Made by a program: the position numbers and the translations under genes. From Candidatus Electronema halotolerans (GTDB lineage: Bacteria > Desulfobacterota > Desulfobulbia > Desulfobulbales > Desulfobulbaceae): a stretch of DNA of 32,000 nucleotides. Location of the stretch: contig OW818675.1 in NCBI GenBank assembly GCA_942493095.1, forward strand, positions 1,680,001-1,712,000, in the 5' to 3' direction. This document shows, piece after piece, positions 1 to 8,765 of this stretch (within the stretch, counting starts at the first letter, position 1; every line of letters starts with the position of its first letter). The notes beneath the pieces were generated by a model. It saw only the letters and a list, made by a program, of their open reading frames with translations, searched no databases and was not told where the DNA came from.

Positions 1-307
1 CATCCGCATCTGCCAGAGCATACTGATACACCGTGTCCGGCAGAAGTCCTTCCAGCTCCACCACTGCTGTGGTGTCTTTCTCTGCATCAACCACAAAATG
101 CACAGCCAATTTTTCAGCGGAAAAAGGTTCAGTATTGTTCAATGGCCAGTAAAGCAGGGTAAAATTGCCTGTCCGGCCAGTTCGCAGCCAAAGGCGGCAG
201 CTCGTCGCGGTGGTGTGGCCAACAATTGCAGCCACATCAAGATACGGATTGGGCCAAGGACGGTCATTCTTGCTCTCAAAATTATTGTTTGCAGATTGAT
301 TTCCCAT
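1..307 (-). CDS. 5' part of a PhoD-like (alkaline phosphatase D family) metallophosphatase; the gene runs off the left edge
   Basis: Hand translation of the minus strand starts at ATG 307..305, with GGAGG at 320..316 (8 nt upstream). It gives MGNQSANNNFESKNDRPWPNPYLDVAAIVGHTTATSCRLWLRTGRTGNFTLLYWPLNNTEPFSAEKLAVHFVVDAEKDTTAVVELEGLLPDTVYQYALADAD with no stop down to position 1. The VGHTTATSxRLW and LxGLxPDTxYxY patterns resemble the PhoD N-terminal domain. It is missing from the ORF track because it has no in-window stop. Confidence 0.45.
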   Translation of the reverse strand, partial: MGNQSANNNFESKNDRPWPNPYLDVAAIVGHTTATSCRLWLRTGRTGNFTLLYWPLNNTEPFSAEKLAVHFVVDAEKDTTAVVELEGLLPDTVYQYALADAD

Positions 308-624
308 TTGCTTTTCCTCCTGTTTTTTGCTTAGTGCGGGCAGCAGTGCCTGCCGCTTCTTTATTCAGTGTACTGGAAGAATTGCGCAAGAAACAAGAAA
401 AATAAGGAAAGGTGGTTGATAAAAGACAAATCGCAACAGCTGCATCTGTGCTCAATCTGTGACTTTTACCAACAACACAGCAATGTGCTCTCAAAAATCA
501 GTGATCTGGACTTTTCGAGCGTTTGGCAGCCTGTGTTGCGGAAGGTATATCCAGCATGCTGTTCTCTTGCTCACTCCGGCGTGAATGCTGACATCAGAAC
601 AGCATCTGCGGAATTCCGAGGTTC

Positions 625-653
625 TTGCATAATTTTTTCGACAAGATTATACT
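625..653 (+). promoter_or_regulatory. Candidate sigma70 promoter (TTGCAT-17 nt-TATACT) about 220-270 nt upstream of argS
   Basis: TTGCAT lies at 625-630, followed by an exactly 17-nt spacer and TATACT at 648-653. No coding ORF lies between it and argS. Confidence 0.3.
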
Positions 654-921
654 CATGAGCGCGGAGCAGCCAAAGCGCGCCGCCCTGTAGTCAGTGTGTC
701 CGGTGATTCTTCATACCTTGGCCCCATGCCCTGAACTTCTATTCCCTGATCTCTGCTCACGAGCCGCTGTTTCTGCGACATGTTCCTGAATTCACGTCGG
801 TTCTGCACGACGTGGCCTGCCTGTCACTACCACAACTTTACGTTAACGAGCTGCTTTTCTTCTTCTCTGAAAACAGGTGTTTGGTCAATTAAGCCAGCAA
901 AATAAGACAAATAATTTCGAC

Positions 922-2577
922 ATGATCCGATCCCAACTGAAAAACCTTCTTGACCAATGTTTCCAGCAGGGCGTGGGCCAGGGCCTCTGGTCCGATGCCG
1001 CTGCTGGCCTGTACAATCTGGAAACGCCTCGCCACGAGGGCCAAGGCGACTTTGCCACCAACTTTGCCATGATTGTCGCGGGCAAAGAGCGGCGCAAGCC
1101 CCGCGACGTGGCGGAGCAGCTCGCCGCCATGCTCCGGCAGGATGCCGCTCTGCTTGAGAAAGTGGAAATCGCCGGGCCGGGCTTTGTCAATCTCTTCCTC
1201 AACCCGACGGTCTGGAGTTCAGTGCTCGCCCCGATAGCCGAGCAAGGCGGGCAGTTCGGTCTCTGCGATCTCGGCAAGGGCATGAAGGTGATGGTCGAGT
1301 TTGTCAGCGCGAACCCGACCGGCCCGCTCACGGTCGGGCATGGCCGCAACGCGGTGCTCGGCGACGCAGTAGCCCGCCTGCTCACGGCGGCTGGCTATGA
1401 TGTCACCCGTGAGTATTACTTCAACGATGCCGGACGGCAGATGCGTGTGCTCGGCCAGTCGCTCAAGGCCCGCTACTTGGAAAAGCTCGGCCTGCCGAAC
1501 GAGTTCCCGGAAGACGGCTATCAGGGCGGCTACATGCACGAAATCGCCCAAGGCATGATTGACGAGGCAGGCGACGGCTTCAAGGACGCAGACTTGGATG
1601 TCTTCCGCCAGCGGGCGCAGGATGCGATTTTTGCGGATATTGACGCGACCCTGAAGCGGATCGGCATCTGCTTTGATTCCTACTACAACGAACGCGATCT
1701 GTATGAAAAAGGTTTGATCGAAGACGTGGTGAACGCGCTGCGGGCCAAGGGACTGGTTTATGAGCAGGAGGGCGCGACCTGGTTCAAGACCACCGAGTTC
1801 GGCCAGGCGCAGGACCGGGTGATTATCAAAAACACTGGCGAGCCGACCTATCGCCTGCCAGATATCGCCTATCACCGGGAGAAGTTCCGGCGCGGCTTTG
1901 AGCGGATGATCAACGTTTTTGGCGCGGATCATATAGCCACGGTGCCGGACGTGCTGGCCGGAGTTGAGGCTCTTGGCTATGACAAGTCCAAGGTGGATGT
2001 GCTGATGTATCAGTTTGTCACCCTGCTGCGCGGCGGCAAGCAGGTCAAGATGTCCACCCGCAAGGCTTCCTACATCACGGTCGATGAGCTGGTCGATGAG
2101 GTCGGCATTGATGCCTTCCGCTTCTTCTTCCTGATGCGCAAGTCTGACTCGCAGTTGGAGTTTGATTTGGAATTAGCCAAGGCCCAAAGCCAAGAAAATC
2201 CGGTCTATTACGTGCAATACGCCCATGCCCGGCTCTGCTCCATTGAGCGGCTGGCCGAGGAGCGCGGCATCGCCCTGCCTGAGCCTGCGGGCACGGATTT
2301 GAGCCTGCTGCAAGAGGCGGAGGAATATCAGCTTCTCAAGACCTTGGCCGCCTATCCCGGCTTGGTCGCGGATGCGGCGGAGGCTTTAGCCCCGCACCGG
2401 CTCATCTTTTTCCTGATGGAGCTGGCCGGACAGTTTCACTCCTTCTACAACAAGCACAAGGTAATGACTGAGGAAGCCCAGCTCACGGCGGCCCGGCTTT
2501 GTCTCTGTCGCGGAATTCGGACGGCCTTGGCAAATGGGCTGGAGCTGGTTGGCGTGGCTGCGCCGGAACGGATGTAG
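922..2577 (+). CDS. argS: Arginine--tRNA ligase
   Basis: Class I aaRS motifs are present: SANPTGPLTVGHGRN (HIGH-type) and MSTRK (KMSKS-type), with an ArgRS-like N-terminal and anticodon-binding region. ATG 922 (MIRSQLKNLL) looks more like a typical ArgRS N-terminus than the GTG at 877 used by the ORF track. Neither start has a clear SD. Confidence 0.95.
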   Translation: MIRSQLKNLLDQCFQQGVGQGLWSDAAAGLYNLETPRHEGQGDFATNFAMIVAGKERRKPRDVAEQLAAMLRQDAALLEKVEIAGPGFVNLFLNPTVWSSVLAPIAEQGGQFGLCDLGKGMKVMVEFVSANPTGPLTVGHGRNAVLGDAVARLLTAAGYDVTREYYFNDAGRQMRVLGQSLKARYLEKLGLPNEFPEDGYQGGYMHEIAQGMIDEAGDGFKDADLDVFRQRAQDAIFADIDATLKRIGICFDSYYNERDLYEKGLIEDVVNALRAKGLVYEQEGATWFKTTEFGQAQDRVIIKNTGEPTYRLPDIAYHREKFRRGFERMINVFGADHIATVPDVLAGVEALGYDKSKVDVLMYQFVTLLRGGKQVKMSTRKASYITVDELVDEVGIDAFRFFFLMRKSDSQLEFDLELAKAQSQENPVYYVQYAHARLCSIERLAEERGIALPEPAGTDLSLLQEAEEYQLLKTLAAYPGLVADAAEALAPHRLIFFLMELAGQFHSFYNKHKVMTEEAQLTAARLCLCRGIRTALANGLELVGVAAPERM

Positions 2578-2583
2578 AAGAGC

Positions 2584-2613
2584 AAGGGGCGGGAAGACCG
2601 CCCCTTTTGTTTG
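2584..2613 (+). terminator. Rho-independent terminator after argS
   Basis: A 9-bp GC-rich stem (AAGGGGCGG at 2584-2592 pairing with CCGCCCCTT at 2598-2606) has a 5-nt loop and is followed by TTGTTTG. Confidence 0.6.
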
Positions 2614-2640
2614 CTCCTGCGGGCTACAGAATTAAGAACT

Positions 2641-2666
2641 GCCGGGAGGCAGAGACACCTCCCGGC
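2641..2666 (-). terminator. Hairpin downstream of the P-type ATPase gene (convergent with argS)
   Basis: A 9-bp stem (GCCGGGAGG at 2641-2649 pairing with CCTCCCGGC at 2658-2666) has an 8-nt loop and lies 20 nt after the ATPase stop. The trailing U-tract on the minus strand is weak. Confidence 0.4.
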
Positions 2667-2685
2667 AGCTTGCAAGGAATCCGGC

Positions 2686-5328
2686 TCAGGCTTTTTTTCG
2701 ATGAAAAATCGCCTTTCTCGCCAGATCAAAGGGAATGATGAGGATGGAGAAGAGCATGACCCAGAACCAGTCTGTAGCACCCAAGGCCACGGTGCGGAAG
2801 ACCTCGCCGCCAATATAGGTGATAATTACCTGCACCAAGAAGATCAGGCCCACCACGGCAATAAAGCCTTTGTTCTTGTCGAGATGATCAAACAGCCGCA
2901 GGTCTGTGACCCGAACATTGAACTTGTTGAAGTTGTTGAGAAAGACAAAGATGGCAAAAAAGGCGGTCAGGAAGGTCGCCTTGTCAGCAAAGAGATTGTG
3001 GATGAATTCGGCCTTTAACAGGAACACGCAGAGAACGGTCATGAAAAAGCCGTTGGCCAGAATGGACTGCCACATGTCTTTGGTGATGATATGCTCTTCC
3101 CGCTGCTTTGGCTTTTCCTCCATGTATTCCGGCAGCGGCGGCTCGCCGGAAAAAGCCAAGGCCGCCAAGGTGTCCATGACCAAGTTGACCCAGAGGAGCT
3201 GAATCACGGTCAGGGGCAATTCAAAGCCGAGGAACGGGCCAAGGAAGGCGATGGAAATCGCGGCCACATTGACTGTGAGCTGGAAGGTGATGAACTTCTG
3301 GATCGACTTGTAAATAGTCCGGCCATAATGCACCGCATTGGCAATCGAGCTGATGTTGTCATCCAGCACAACAATATCTGAAGCCTCTTTGGCCACTTCG
3401 GTGCCACTGCCCAATCCGAAGCCAATATCCGCCGCGCTCAGGGCCGGGCTGTCATTGACTCCGTCGCCGGTCATGCCCACGACCATGCCCATTTCCTGAG
3501 CCACCTTGACCAGGCGGGATTTGTCAGACGGGAGGCAGCGGGCCACAACCCGCAGGTGCGGCAGCACCGTTTTCAGCTCTTGGTCAGACAGCTTGCCCAA
3601 CTCCTCAGAGGTCAGGAGCACATCCTCGGCAGAGGTGATCAGGCCGGAATCTCTGCCAATCGCCTCAGCCGTGCCCTTGCGGTCGCCGGTGATCATGACC
3701 ACTTGAATGCCTGCGCTGCGCAGCTCCTTGATTGTGGCCGCAGAGTCAGGCCGCAGATCATCGCGGATCAGGGCGAAACCAAGCAGGCTCAGATGATCGG
3801 ACAGCTCGTCCAGACTGGCAGGAATTTCCTCCTCAGTCAAAGCAATGCCGATCAGCCGGAAGCCCTTGTCGCCTCTGCTGTCCAGCTCATTAAAAAGTGC
3901 CTCTTTCTGTTCTGCTGACAGCGGCGCGACCTCGCCCTGGCTGGTGTAATAGGTGCCGCACTTGTCTAAAATCCACTCCGGCGCGCCTTTGAGATAGGTC
4001 ATCACCTGGCCACTGGCCTGCTCTTTCAGGCGGACAGCGGCAAATTTCCGGGCGGAATTGAATTGCAGCTCATCCACCCGCTCAAAGGCTTTGTCCTCGT
4101 ACTGGCATTCCTTGACATCAGCCTGAGAAAATTTGACCAAGGCGCGGTCAGTGCTGTTGCCGCCGAGAATGCGCTCTGCTTCTAAGGCCGCATTGCAGTT
4201 GACCACGCAGGAGGTGTTCTCGCGCAGGGACACATCCAAGAGGCGGGCATTCTTTTCCGGCAGCTCATCAAGAGCATTGTACTGCTTCACGCCTGCTTCT
4301 CCATCTGCGACAGCTAAGAAACCAACGGTCTCCATCTGACCTTTGGTGATGGTGCCGGTTTTGTCGGTGAAAAGCAGGTTGAGACTGCCAGAGGTCTCCA
4401 CACCAAGAAGCTGGCGCACAAGAACATTGGATTTGAGCAGCTTGCGCATGTTCTGGGCCAAGACAATGGCTATCATCATCGGCAGTCCTTCCGGCACTGC
4501 CACGACAATGATGATCACCGCCAAAATCAGAGCTTTGACTATGGTGTAGATCAGCGAATGGCTGACATCGTCCAAATAAAGCTCCTTGAACATGAAGGCC
4601 AATGCAATCAGCGGGGCGGCAATGTAGCCGAACAGGGCGATCTGGTCAGCTAATTTGGCCAATTTCACCCGCAGCGGCCCCATGCGCTCGTCGCTTTTCA
4701 AGCCTTCGGCCAGTCGGCCCAGATGGGTTCTGTCGCCGACTTGGCGCACCTCCATCACGGCTTCGCCATCCTCAACAATGGTGCCCCGGAAGACTGCATG
4801 GTCGTCTTCAAGATTCTCAACATCCGCCTCGCCCGGCGTTTTGCTCCGTGGTTCAGGCTCACCAGTCAGGGCCGCTTGACTGATCTTTGCTTTGCCCTGC
4901 ACCACGGCACCGTCTGCTGGGATTTTGTCGCCCGGCTGCAGCAGGACATAATCGCCGACCACTATATCGTCAATGCCGACTACAGAAACACTGTTTTCCC
5001 GGAAAACATTGACCTTAATCTTGGAGGCTTCCTCTTGCAGCTTCTGAAAGGTCTGCTCGTTTTTAAACTCAGAAAAAGTGGAAACCAAGGTGGCCAAAAT
5101 CACTGCCGCAGCAATGCCGACTCCCTCATACCATTCAGCTTTTCCGAATACAGCCAGCGTAGTGATGATGACCAAGGCGACCGTCAGAATGATGATCATC
5201 GGATCTTTGAGATTGTCAAGCAGCTTGTCCCAGAAGGTCTCGCTTTCCACCACGCTGATCTGGTTGGAACCGTGCGTTGTTCTGGATGCCTCGACTTCCT
5301 GACGCGAAAGTCCCTTAAAATGATACAT
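2686..5328 (-). CDS. P2-type (Ca2+/cation-transporting) P-type ATPase
   Basis: Motifs present: DKTGTIT phosphorylation site, LTGEPEP (TGE), PEGLP in TM4 (type II signature), MITGDRKGTA, the MTGDGVNDSPAL hinge, and an N-terminal cation-ATPase-N-like LSRQEVEASRTTHGSNQIS. ATG 5328 (GGAGG at 5343..5339) is preferred to the TTG at 5376 used in the ORF track. Confidence 0.93.
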   Translation of the reverse strand: MYHFKGLSRQEVEASRTTHGSNQISVVESETFWDKLLDNLKDPMIIILTVALVIITTLAVFGKAEWYEGVGIAAAVILATLVSTFSEFKNEQTFQKLQEEASKIKVNVFRENSVSVVGIDDIVVGDYVLLQPGDKIPADGAVVQGKAKISQAALTGEPEPRSKTPGEADVENLEDDHAVFRGTIVEDGEAVMEVRQVGDRTHLGRLAEGLKSDERMGPLRVKLAKLADQIALFGYIAAPLIALAFMFKELYLDDVSHSLIYTIVKALILAVIIIVVAVPEGLPMMIAIVLAQNMRKLLKSNVLVRQLLGVETSGSLNLLFTDKTGTITKGQMETVGFLAVADGEAGVKQYNALDELPEKNARLLDVSLRENTSCVVNCNAALEAERILGGNSTDRALVKFSQADVKECQYEDKAFERVDELQFNSARKFAAVRLKEQASGQVMTYLKGAPEWILDKCGTYYTSQGEVAPLSAEQKEALFNELDSRGDKGFRLIGIALTEEEIPASLDELSDHLSLLGFALIRDDLRPDSAATIKELRSAGIQVVMITGDRKGTAEAIGRDSGLITSAEDVLLTSEELGKLSDQELKTVLPHLRVVARCLPSDKSRLVKVAQEMGMVVGMTGDGVNDSPALSAADIGFGLGSGTEVAKEASDIVVLDDNISSIANAVHYGRTIYKSIQKFITFQLTVNVAAISIAFLGPFLGFELPLTVIQLLWVNLVMDTLAALAFSGEPPLPEYMEEKPKQREEHIITKDMWQSILANGFFMTVLCVFLLKAEFIHNLFADKATFLTAFFAIFVFLNNFNKFNVRVTDLRLFDHLDKNKGFIAVVGLIFLVQVIITYIGGEVFRTVALGATDWFWVMLFSILIIPFDLARKAIFHRKKA

Positions 5329-5464
5329 GTTCTGTTTTCCTCCAATTGAATCGGGTTGTTGTTGCGCCTGCTGCAATATCCTGCGCCGATTCAGGATGCT
5401 GGCAGGCGGGCTGTAAAACTGCCCTGAGCAAAGTCAAAGGGCGCATAGTGAAATTCTGTTTGAA

Positions 5465-6970
5465 TCATGCCTCCACAAGCTGGACATGCAGCAGTCTGCC
5501 GCCGTTTTCCTTGTCTAACAAGATTTGGCTGTTATGGTTGAGCACAATGCGTCCGCCCGGCGGCACCGGCTTTTTTGTGGCCAGATCAATCAGGCCGGGC
5601 AGCCGCTCGTTGACCAAGAGCCAGTTGTTGTTGTGCAGGAGAAAATAACCGACCCGCTGCCGGTCCTGCGCTGCCAGCCGCTCATTGGGAACAACAGTCC
5701 GGTTGACATGCCACGGGAACAGCGACTGCCCAGTATAAACCATCAGGCGGTGGTTGTCTGGAAGAAATTTGCCGTCATGTCGGCTGGAATAGAGATTGAG
5801 CACTGGCAGCTTGCCTTTGTAGGGCGTGCCGCAGAACGGACATTTGGGCGACTTGGTGTTGTCAAAGACATACCATTTCTGCTCGCACTGCGGGTTGGCG
5901 CAGGGCTGAAGCAGGTCAACGGTTTTAATCAGGGCCTGTTCCCATTCATCCGCAGTGGGCCGTTTTTCCGGGCTATGCAGCCCTGCAACAAAGGCCCGCT
6001 GAAAGAGTTCCGTCAAATATGGCCCAGTGACCTGACAGGGCAACGTGGCCGTGTCTTTCCAAGGCAGCTCCAAGGGCTTGAGATCGTCAAGGCGAATCTT
6101 GTTGGAATGGTCGGACGGATGCTCAACAAAGAGGGCACGTTCGCCCATAGACAAATCTTCGTCCCGCTGCGGATCGTCAATATCATGCACCTTGTCGCCG
6201 CGCAACGGATGGCGGAGAAGCAGGTACATGTAGATCAAAACCGCCAAGGCGTGCCGGTCTGTGGCAATGGAAGGCAGCTTGCGCTGGGGATCGTTTCTGT
6301 CTAAATGCGCAGTCTTGATCACCTCCGGGGCAATGAAATCCGGGGTGCCCACCACATCTGGCGGAAATTTGCCCGGCACCACCAGGCCATCAATATCAAT
6401 GATGCAGGCATGGCCGCCAACCGGGTCAATCAGCACATTCTTATACGACAAGTCAGAATGGGCCAGCCCGGCAGCGTGCATCCGCCGCACGGCCCGGCTG
6501 AGAAGAATGGCAATGCGGAGATACTCAAGCCAGCAGCCGCGCTCGGCAGGATCAAGATACTTATTGCGGTTGCTGGGCGAGGCAAACCACTTGCCTTCCT
6601 TTTCCCGGCCTTTGATTTTAAGAAAATCGTTGTTGATCGAACCGATAGCAAAGAAAAAATGCTTTTGATAGACTGGCACCATGACCCCGACGCGCCCGGC
6701 CTCATCAGTCACCATCCGGCTCGGCCAGCGGAACAGGTTTTCCCAGTACTCCCCGCTTTCCTGATTGAATATTCGCTCCCGGTAAATCCCGGTGATCATT
6801 TCCAGCCGTTCTTGGGCCTGCCTGTCCTGCGGGTCCCGGAAAAAGGCGAGCACGTTCTGGCGGTCTGGGGTGAAATAAACATCCTTCATGCCGCCGGAGC
6901 CGATGATCTCATCCACATATTCGACCGTGCCGCCGTCCTTGGCTATGGCTTTTCGCAGTTGCGCAGTCAT
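5465..6970 (-). CDS. Atypical Hanks-type Ser/Thr protein kinase with C-terminal zinc ribbon and FHA-like beta domain
   Basis: Motifs present: G-loop GSGGMKDV (aa 24-31), catalytic loop HSDLSYKN (aa 171-178), Mg-binding IIDIDG (aa 190-195), DFIAPE (APE motif) and RPTADEW (subdomain XI Arg). These are followed by CANPQC-x15-CPFC (aa 357-380) and a beta-rich tail (aa 385-501). AAGGAG lies 12 nt upstream of the ATG. Confidence 0.8.
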   Translation of the reverse strand: MTAQLRKAIAKDGGTVEYVDEIIGSGGMKDVYFTPDRQNVLAFFRDPQDRQAQERLEMITGIYRERIFNQESGEYWENLFRWPSRMVTDEAGRVGVMVPVYQKHFFFAIGSINNDFLKIKGREKEGKWFASPSNRNKYLDPAERGCWLEYLRIAILLSRAVRRMHAAGLAHSDLSYKNVLIDPVGGHACIIDIDGLVVPGKFPPDVVGTPDFIAPEVIKTAHLDRNDPQRKLPSIATDRHALAVLIYMYLLLRHPLRGDKVHDIDDPQRDEDLSMGERALFVEHPSDHSNKIRLDDLKPLELPWKDTATLPCQVTGPYLTELFQRAFVAGLHSPEKRPTADEWEQALIKTVDLLQPCANPQCEQKWYVFDNTKSPKCPFCGTPYKGKLPVLNLYSSRHDGKFLPDNHRLMVYTGQSLFPWHVNRTVVPNERLAAQDRQRVGYFLLHNNNWLLVNERLPGLIDLATKKPVPPGGRIVLNHNSQILLDKENGGRLLHVQLVEA

Positions 6971-7002
6971 GCTGTTGATTTTCTCCTTCCCCTGCCCATC
7001 AT

Positions 7003-7031
7003 ATTTTATAGTCGCGGGCAGGTTTATTCAA
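7003..7031 (-). promoter_or_regulatory. Candidate sigma70 promoter for the kinase gene (TTGAAT-17 nt-TAAAAT)
   Basis: On the minus strand TTGAAT lies at 7031..7026 and overlaps the DUF374 stop codon. A 17-nt spacer separates it from TAAAAT at 7008..7003. A 7-bp inverted repeat (CCTGCCC 6991-6997 / GGGCAGG 7016-7022) brackets the -10 element. Confidence 0.3.
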
Positions 7032-7732
7032 TGCCCGTTTTGGCCAAACTCTTCCCAGAGCTGCCGGTACATGCTGTTCATAGTTGCCTCAAGCTGCTGC
7101 CGGTATTGCTCGGTTGCTGCGGCAGTCAGTTCCGGCTCCACCCAGAGCAGTCCGCCGTATTGCAAAATAATCGAACTGAAAGGCAGAGGAAGCACGGTGC
7201 GGTCCCATGAATTGAAGGCCTTATAGCGTTTGGCAGCCCAGACTATGGGCATGATCGGCGAGCCGGACTTGGCGGCCAGCAGCACTGCGCCCGGCTGCGC
7301 TTTCAGGGCCGGGCCTTGCGAGCCGTCCGCAACAATGCCTGCATTCTTGCCCTGTTTGACATGATCAACCATGCCCTTCAACGCCCGGATGCCAAAGCGG
7401 TTGGCCGAGCCGCGCACCGTCTCAAAGTGGAGCAGCCCGGCAACGCGGGCAATGTATTCGCCGTCCCTGCTTGCGCTGACCATTGCCACGCCCGGATATT
7501 GGCGCAGGTGGTGGAGCATGTAAAAAAGCGAGTAATGCCAGAAGGGCACCACCCCGGCCCCGTGCGCCAGCACCTTGGTCAGGTTGTCAAGCCCGCGCAC
7601 TTCGAGGCGGCAGGTGCTGAACCAGAGCGAGGACAGGGCCACGTAGAGGCGTGGAACAACTGCGATGGATGTTTTGTAGAGCAGATCAGACAAGCATTCC
7701 CTCCAAAGGGCGTTCAGCTTTTTACACCGCAC
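7028..7732 (-). CDS. DUF374 family lysophospholipid-acyltransferase-like protein
   Basis: The DUF374-type pattern is present: FWHYS...SASRDGEYIA...VRGSANRFG..ALKGM...G....IVADGSQGP...QPGAVLLAAKSGSPIMP...SWDR..LPLPFS. The ORF-track start is a GTG at 7732 with no SD. A TTG at 7693 preceded by GGAGG (7704..7700, 6-nt spacing) is a plausible alternative start. Confidence 0.8.
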   Translation of the reverse strand: MRCKKLNALWRECLSDLLYKTSIAVVPRLYVALSSLWFSTCRLEVRGLDNLTKVLAHGAGVVPFWHYSLFYMLHHLRQYPGVAMVSASRDGEYIARVAGLLHFETVRGSANRFGIRALKGMVDHVKQGKNAGIVADGSQGPALKAQPGAVLLAAKSGSPIMPIVWAAKRYKAFNSWDRTVLPLPFSSIILQYGGLLWVEPELTAAATEQYRQQLEATMNSMYRQLWEEFGQNGH

Positions 7733-8765
7733 TGAAGATTTTCAGATAAAGCCGCAGCAGGCCGTTTCCCTTGCCCTGTTCGCTGCGTCTGCGCATGATG
7801 GAATCGACTGCCGCCTTTTCCGCTTCGTGCAGACAGGCGGCAAATTCCGCCGCGCTCAGGCGGTCATGACAACGAATTTCGTCTTGTTTTCTACGCATCC
7901 TGCCGCATCCTGCCAAGGCCTCGGCCATGCCTTGGCAATAGGCCCGCAGATGTCCTTTTTTGATGGAAAAGAGCAGCCAGCAAAATTGATACATCGCAAT
8001 CACCGGCAGAAAACGGAGAAAGAGCAGCAACGAATAATGCTTGCCCAGGACGTAGATGGAATTGCGGGTGGAAAGGCGGATGGTGAAGGGATTGAACTTT
8101 GAGCCGCTGCTGGCGCTGCCAATATGATAGACTTGCGCTGCTGGAACATACCAGGCCCTGCCGCCTGCCCTGTTCAGGCGCAGATTGAAATCAACATCTT
8201 CCAAATAGGCAAAAAAGTCCTCATCAAAGAGGCCGATGCGATCAAAGAGTGAACGTCGGTACAGGGCTGCTCCGGCGCAGGCTCCGAAGACCGGCCCCGG
8301 CTGATTATAGGTTTCACAGTCTTTCTCCATCGTGCCGAGCCGGTAGCCTGCCCCGCCGCGCAAATAGGCATCACCTGCGCCGTCCAGCACTTCGCGCTGC
8401 TGAAAACTGAGCATCTTTGGGGTAAAAACATCATACGCCGGCAGAGCTTCTGCGGCCTTGAGCAGATGCTGCAAGCAGTCCGGCTCCAGTTCCGTGTCGT
8501 TGTTGAGGAGAAAAATATAGGGCGCATTGCTGCTGCGAATGCCCGCATTCACTGCCGCGCTGAAGCCCCGGTTTTCCGGCAGGGCAATCAAGCGCACATC
8601 AGGCTGGTCTGTCCGCAGATACTCTAAGGAGCCATCAGCCGAGCCGTTATCAACCACGATGATCTGCCATGCGCTGCACTGCTGCCCCTGAATGGAGGAG
8701 AGACAGCCGGGGAGAAAGCGCAGGCCGTTCCAGTTGGGAATGACAATGCTGACCGCAGCGGTCAT
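7722..8765 (-). CDS. Family 2 glycosyltransferase (GT-A fold, rhamnosyltransferase-like)
   Basis: The N-terminus VSIVIPNWNG....CL.S......IIVVDNGSADGS, the motif LLNNDTE and an EDVDFNLR DxD-type motif are present. Its ATG overlaps the upstream gene's stop as ATGA (8762-8765). Confidence 0.85.
   Translation of the reverse strand: MTAAVSIVIPNWNGLRFLPGCLSSIQGQQCSAWQIIVVDNGSADGSLEYLRTDQPDVRLIALPENRGFSAAVNAGIRSSNAPYIFLLNNDTELEPDCLQHLLKAAEALPAYDVFTPKMLSFQQREVLDGAGDAYLRGGAGYRLGTMEKDCETYNQPGPVFGACAGAALYRRSLFDRIGLFDEDFFAYLEDVDFNLRLNRAGGRAWYVPAAQVYHIGSASSGSKFNPFTIRLSTRNSIYVLGKHYSLLLFLRFLPVIAMYQFCWLLFSIKKGHLRAYCQGMAEALAGCGRMRRKQDEIRCHDRLSAAEFAACLHEAEKAAVDSIMRRRSEQGKGNGLLRLYLKIFSAV

Noticed and set aside
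368-658. 96-aa plus-strand ORF in the argS upstream region
   Set aside because: It has a non-ATG start, no SD, AT-rich atypical codon usage and no motif. It overlaps the proposed promoter, so I treat the region as non-coding.
659-710. SRP (4.5S) RNA-like motif GAGCAGCCAAAG ... GTGTGTCCGG ... TGTAG
   Set aside because: Only fragments resemble domain IV. The GGAA-tetraloop helix (CAGGUCCGGAAGGAAGCAG) and the closing stem are absent, and the motif order does not match.
654-921. T-box or other known aaRS leader upstream of argS
   Set aside because: I could not find a T-box sequence (AAnnGGGTGGnACCGCG-like) or a specifier/antiterminator arrangement. The region is left as an unexplained leader (see findings).
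1219-1932. 237-aa ORF antisense to argS
   Set aside because: It lies entirely inside a confidently identified gene and has no recognisable motifs. Long antisense ORFs of this kind are typical of GC-rich DNA.
5525-7210. 259-aa and 301-aa plus-strand ORFs opposite the kinase and DUF374 genes
   Set aside because: They are antisense to genes with clear family signatures. Their translations are low-complexity and Arg/Pro/Gly-rich, with no SD or motif support.
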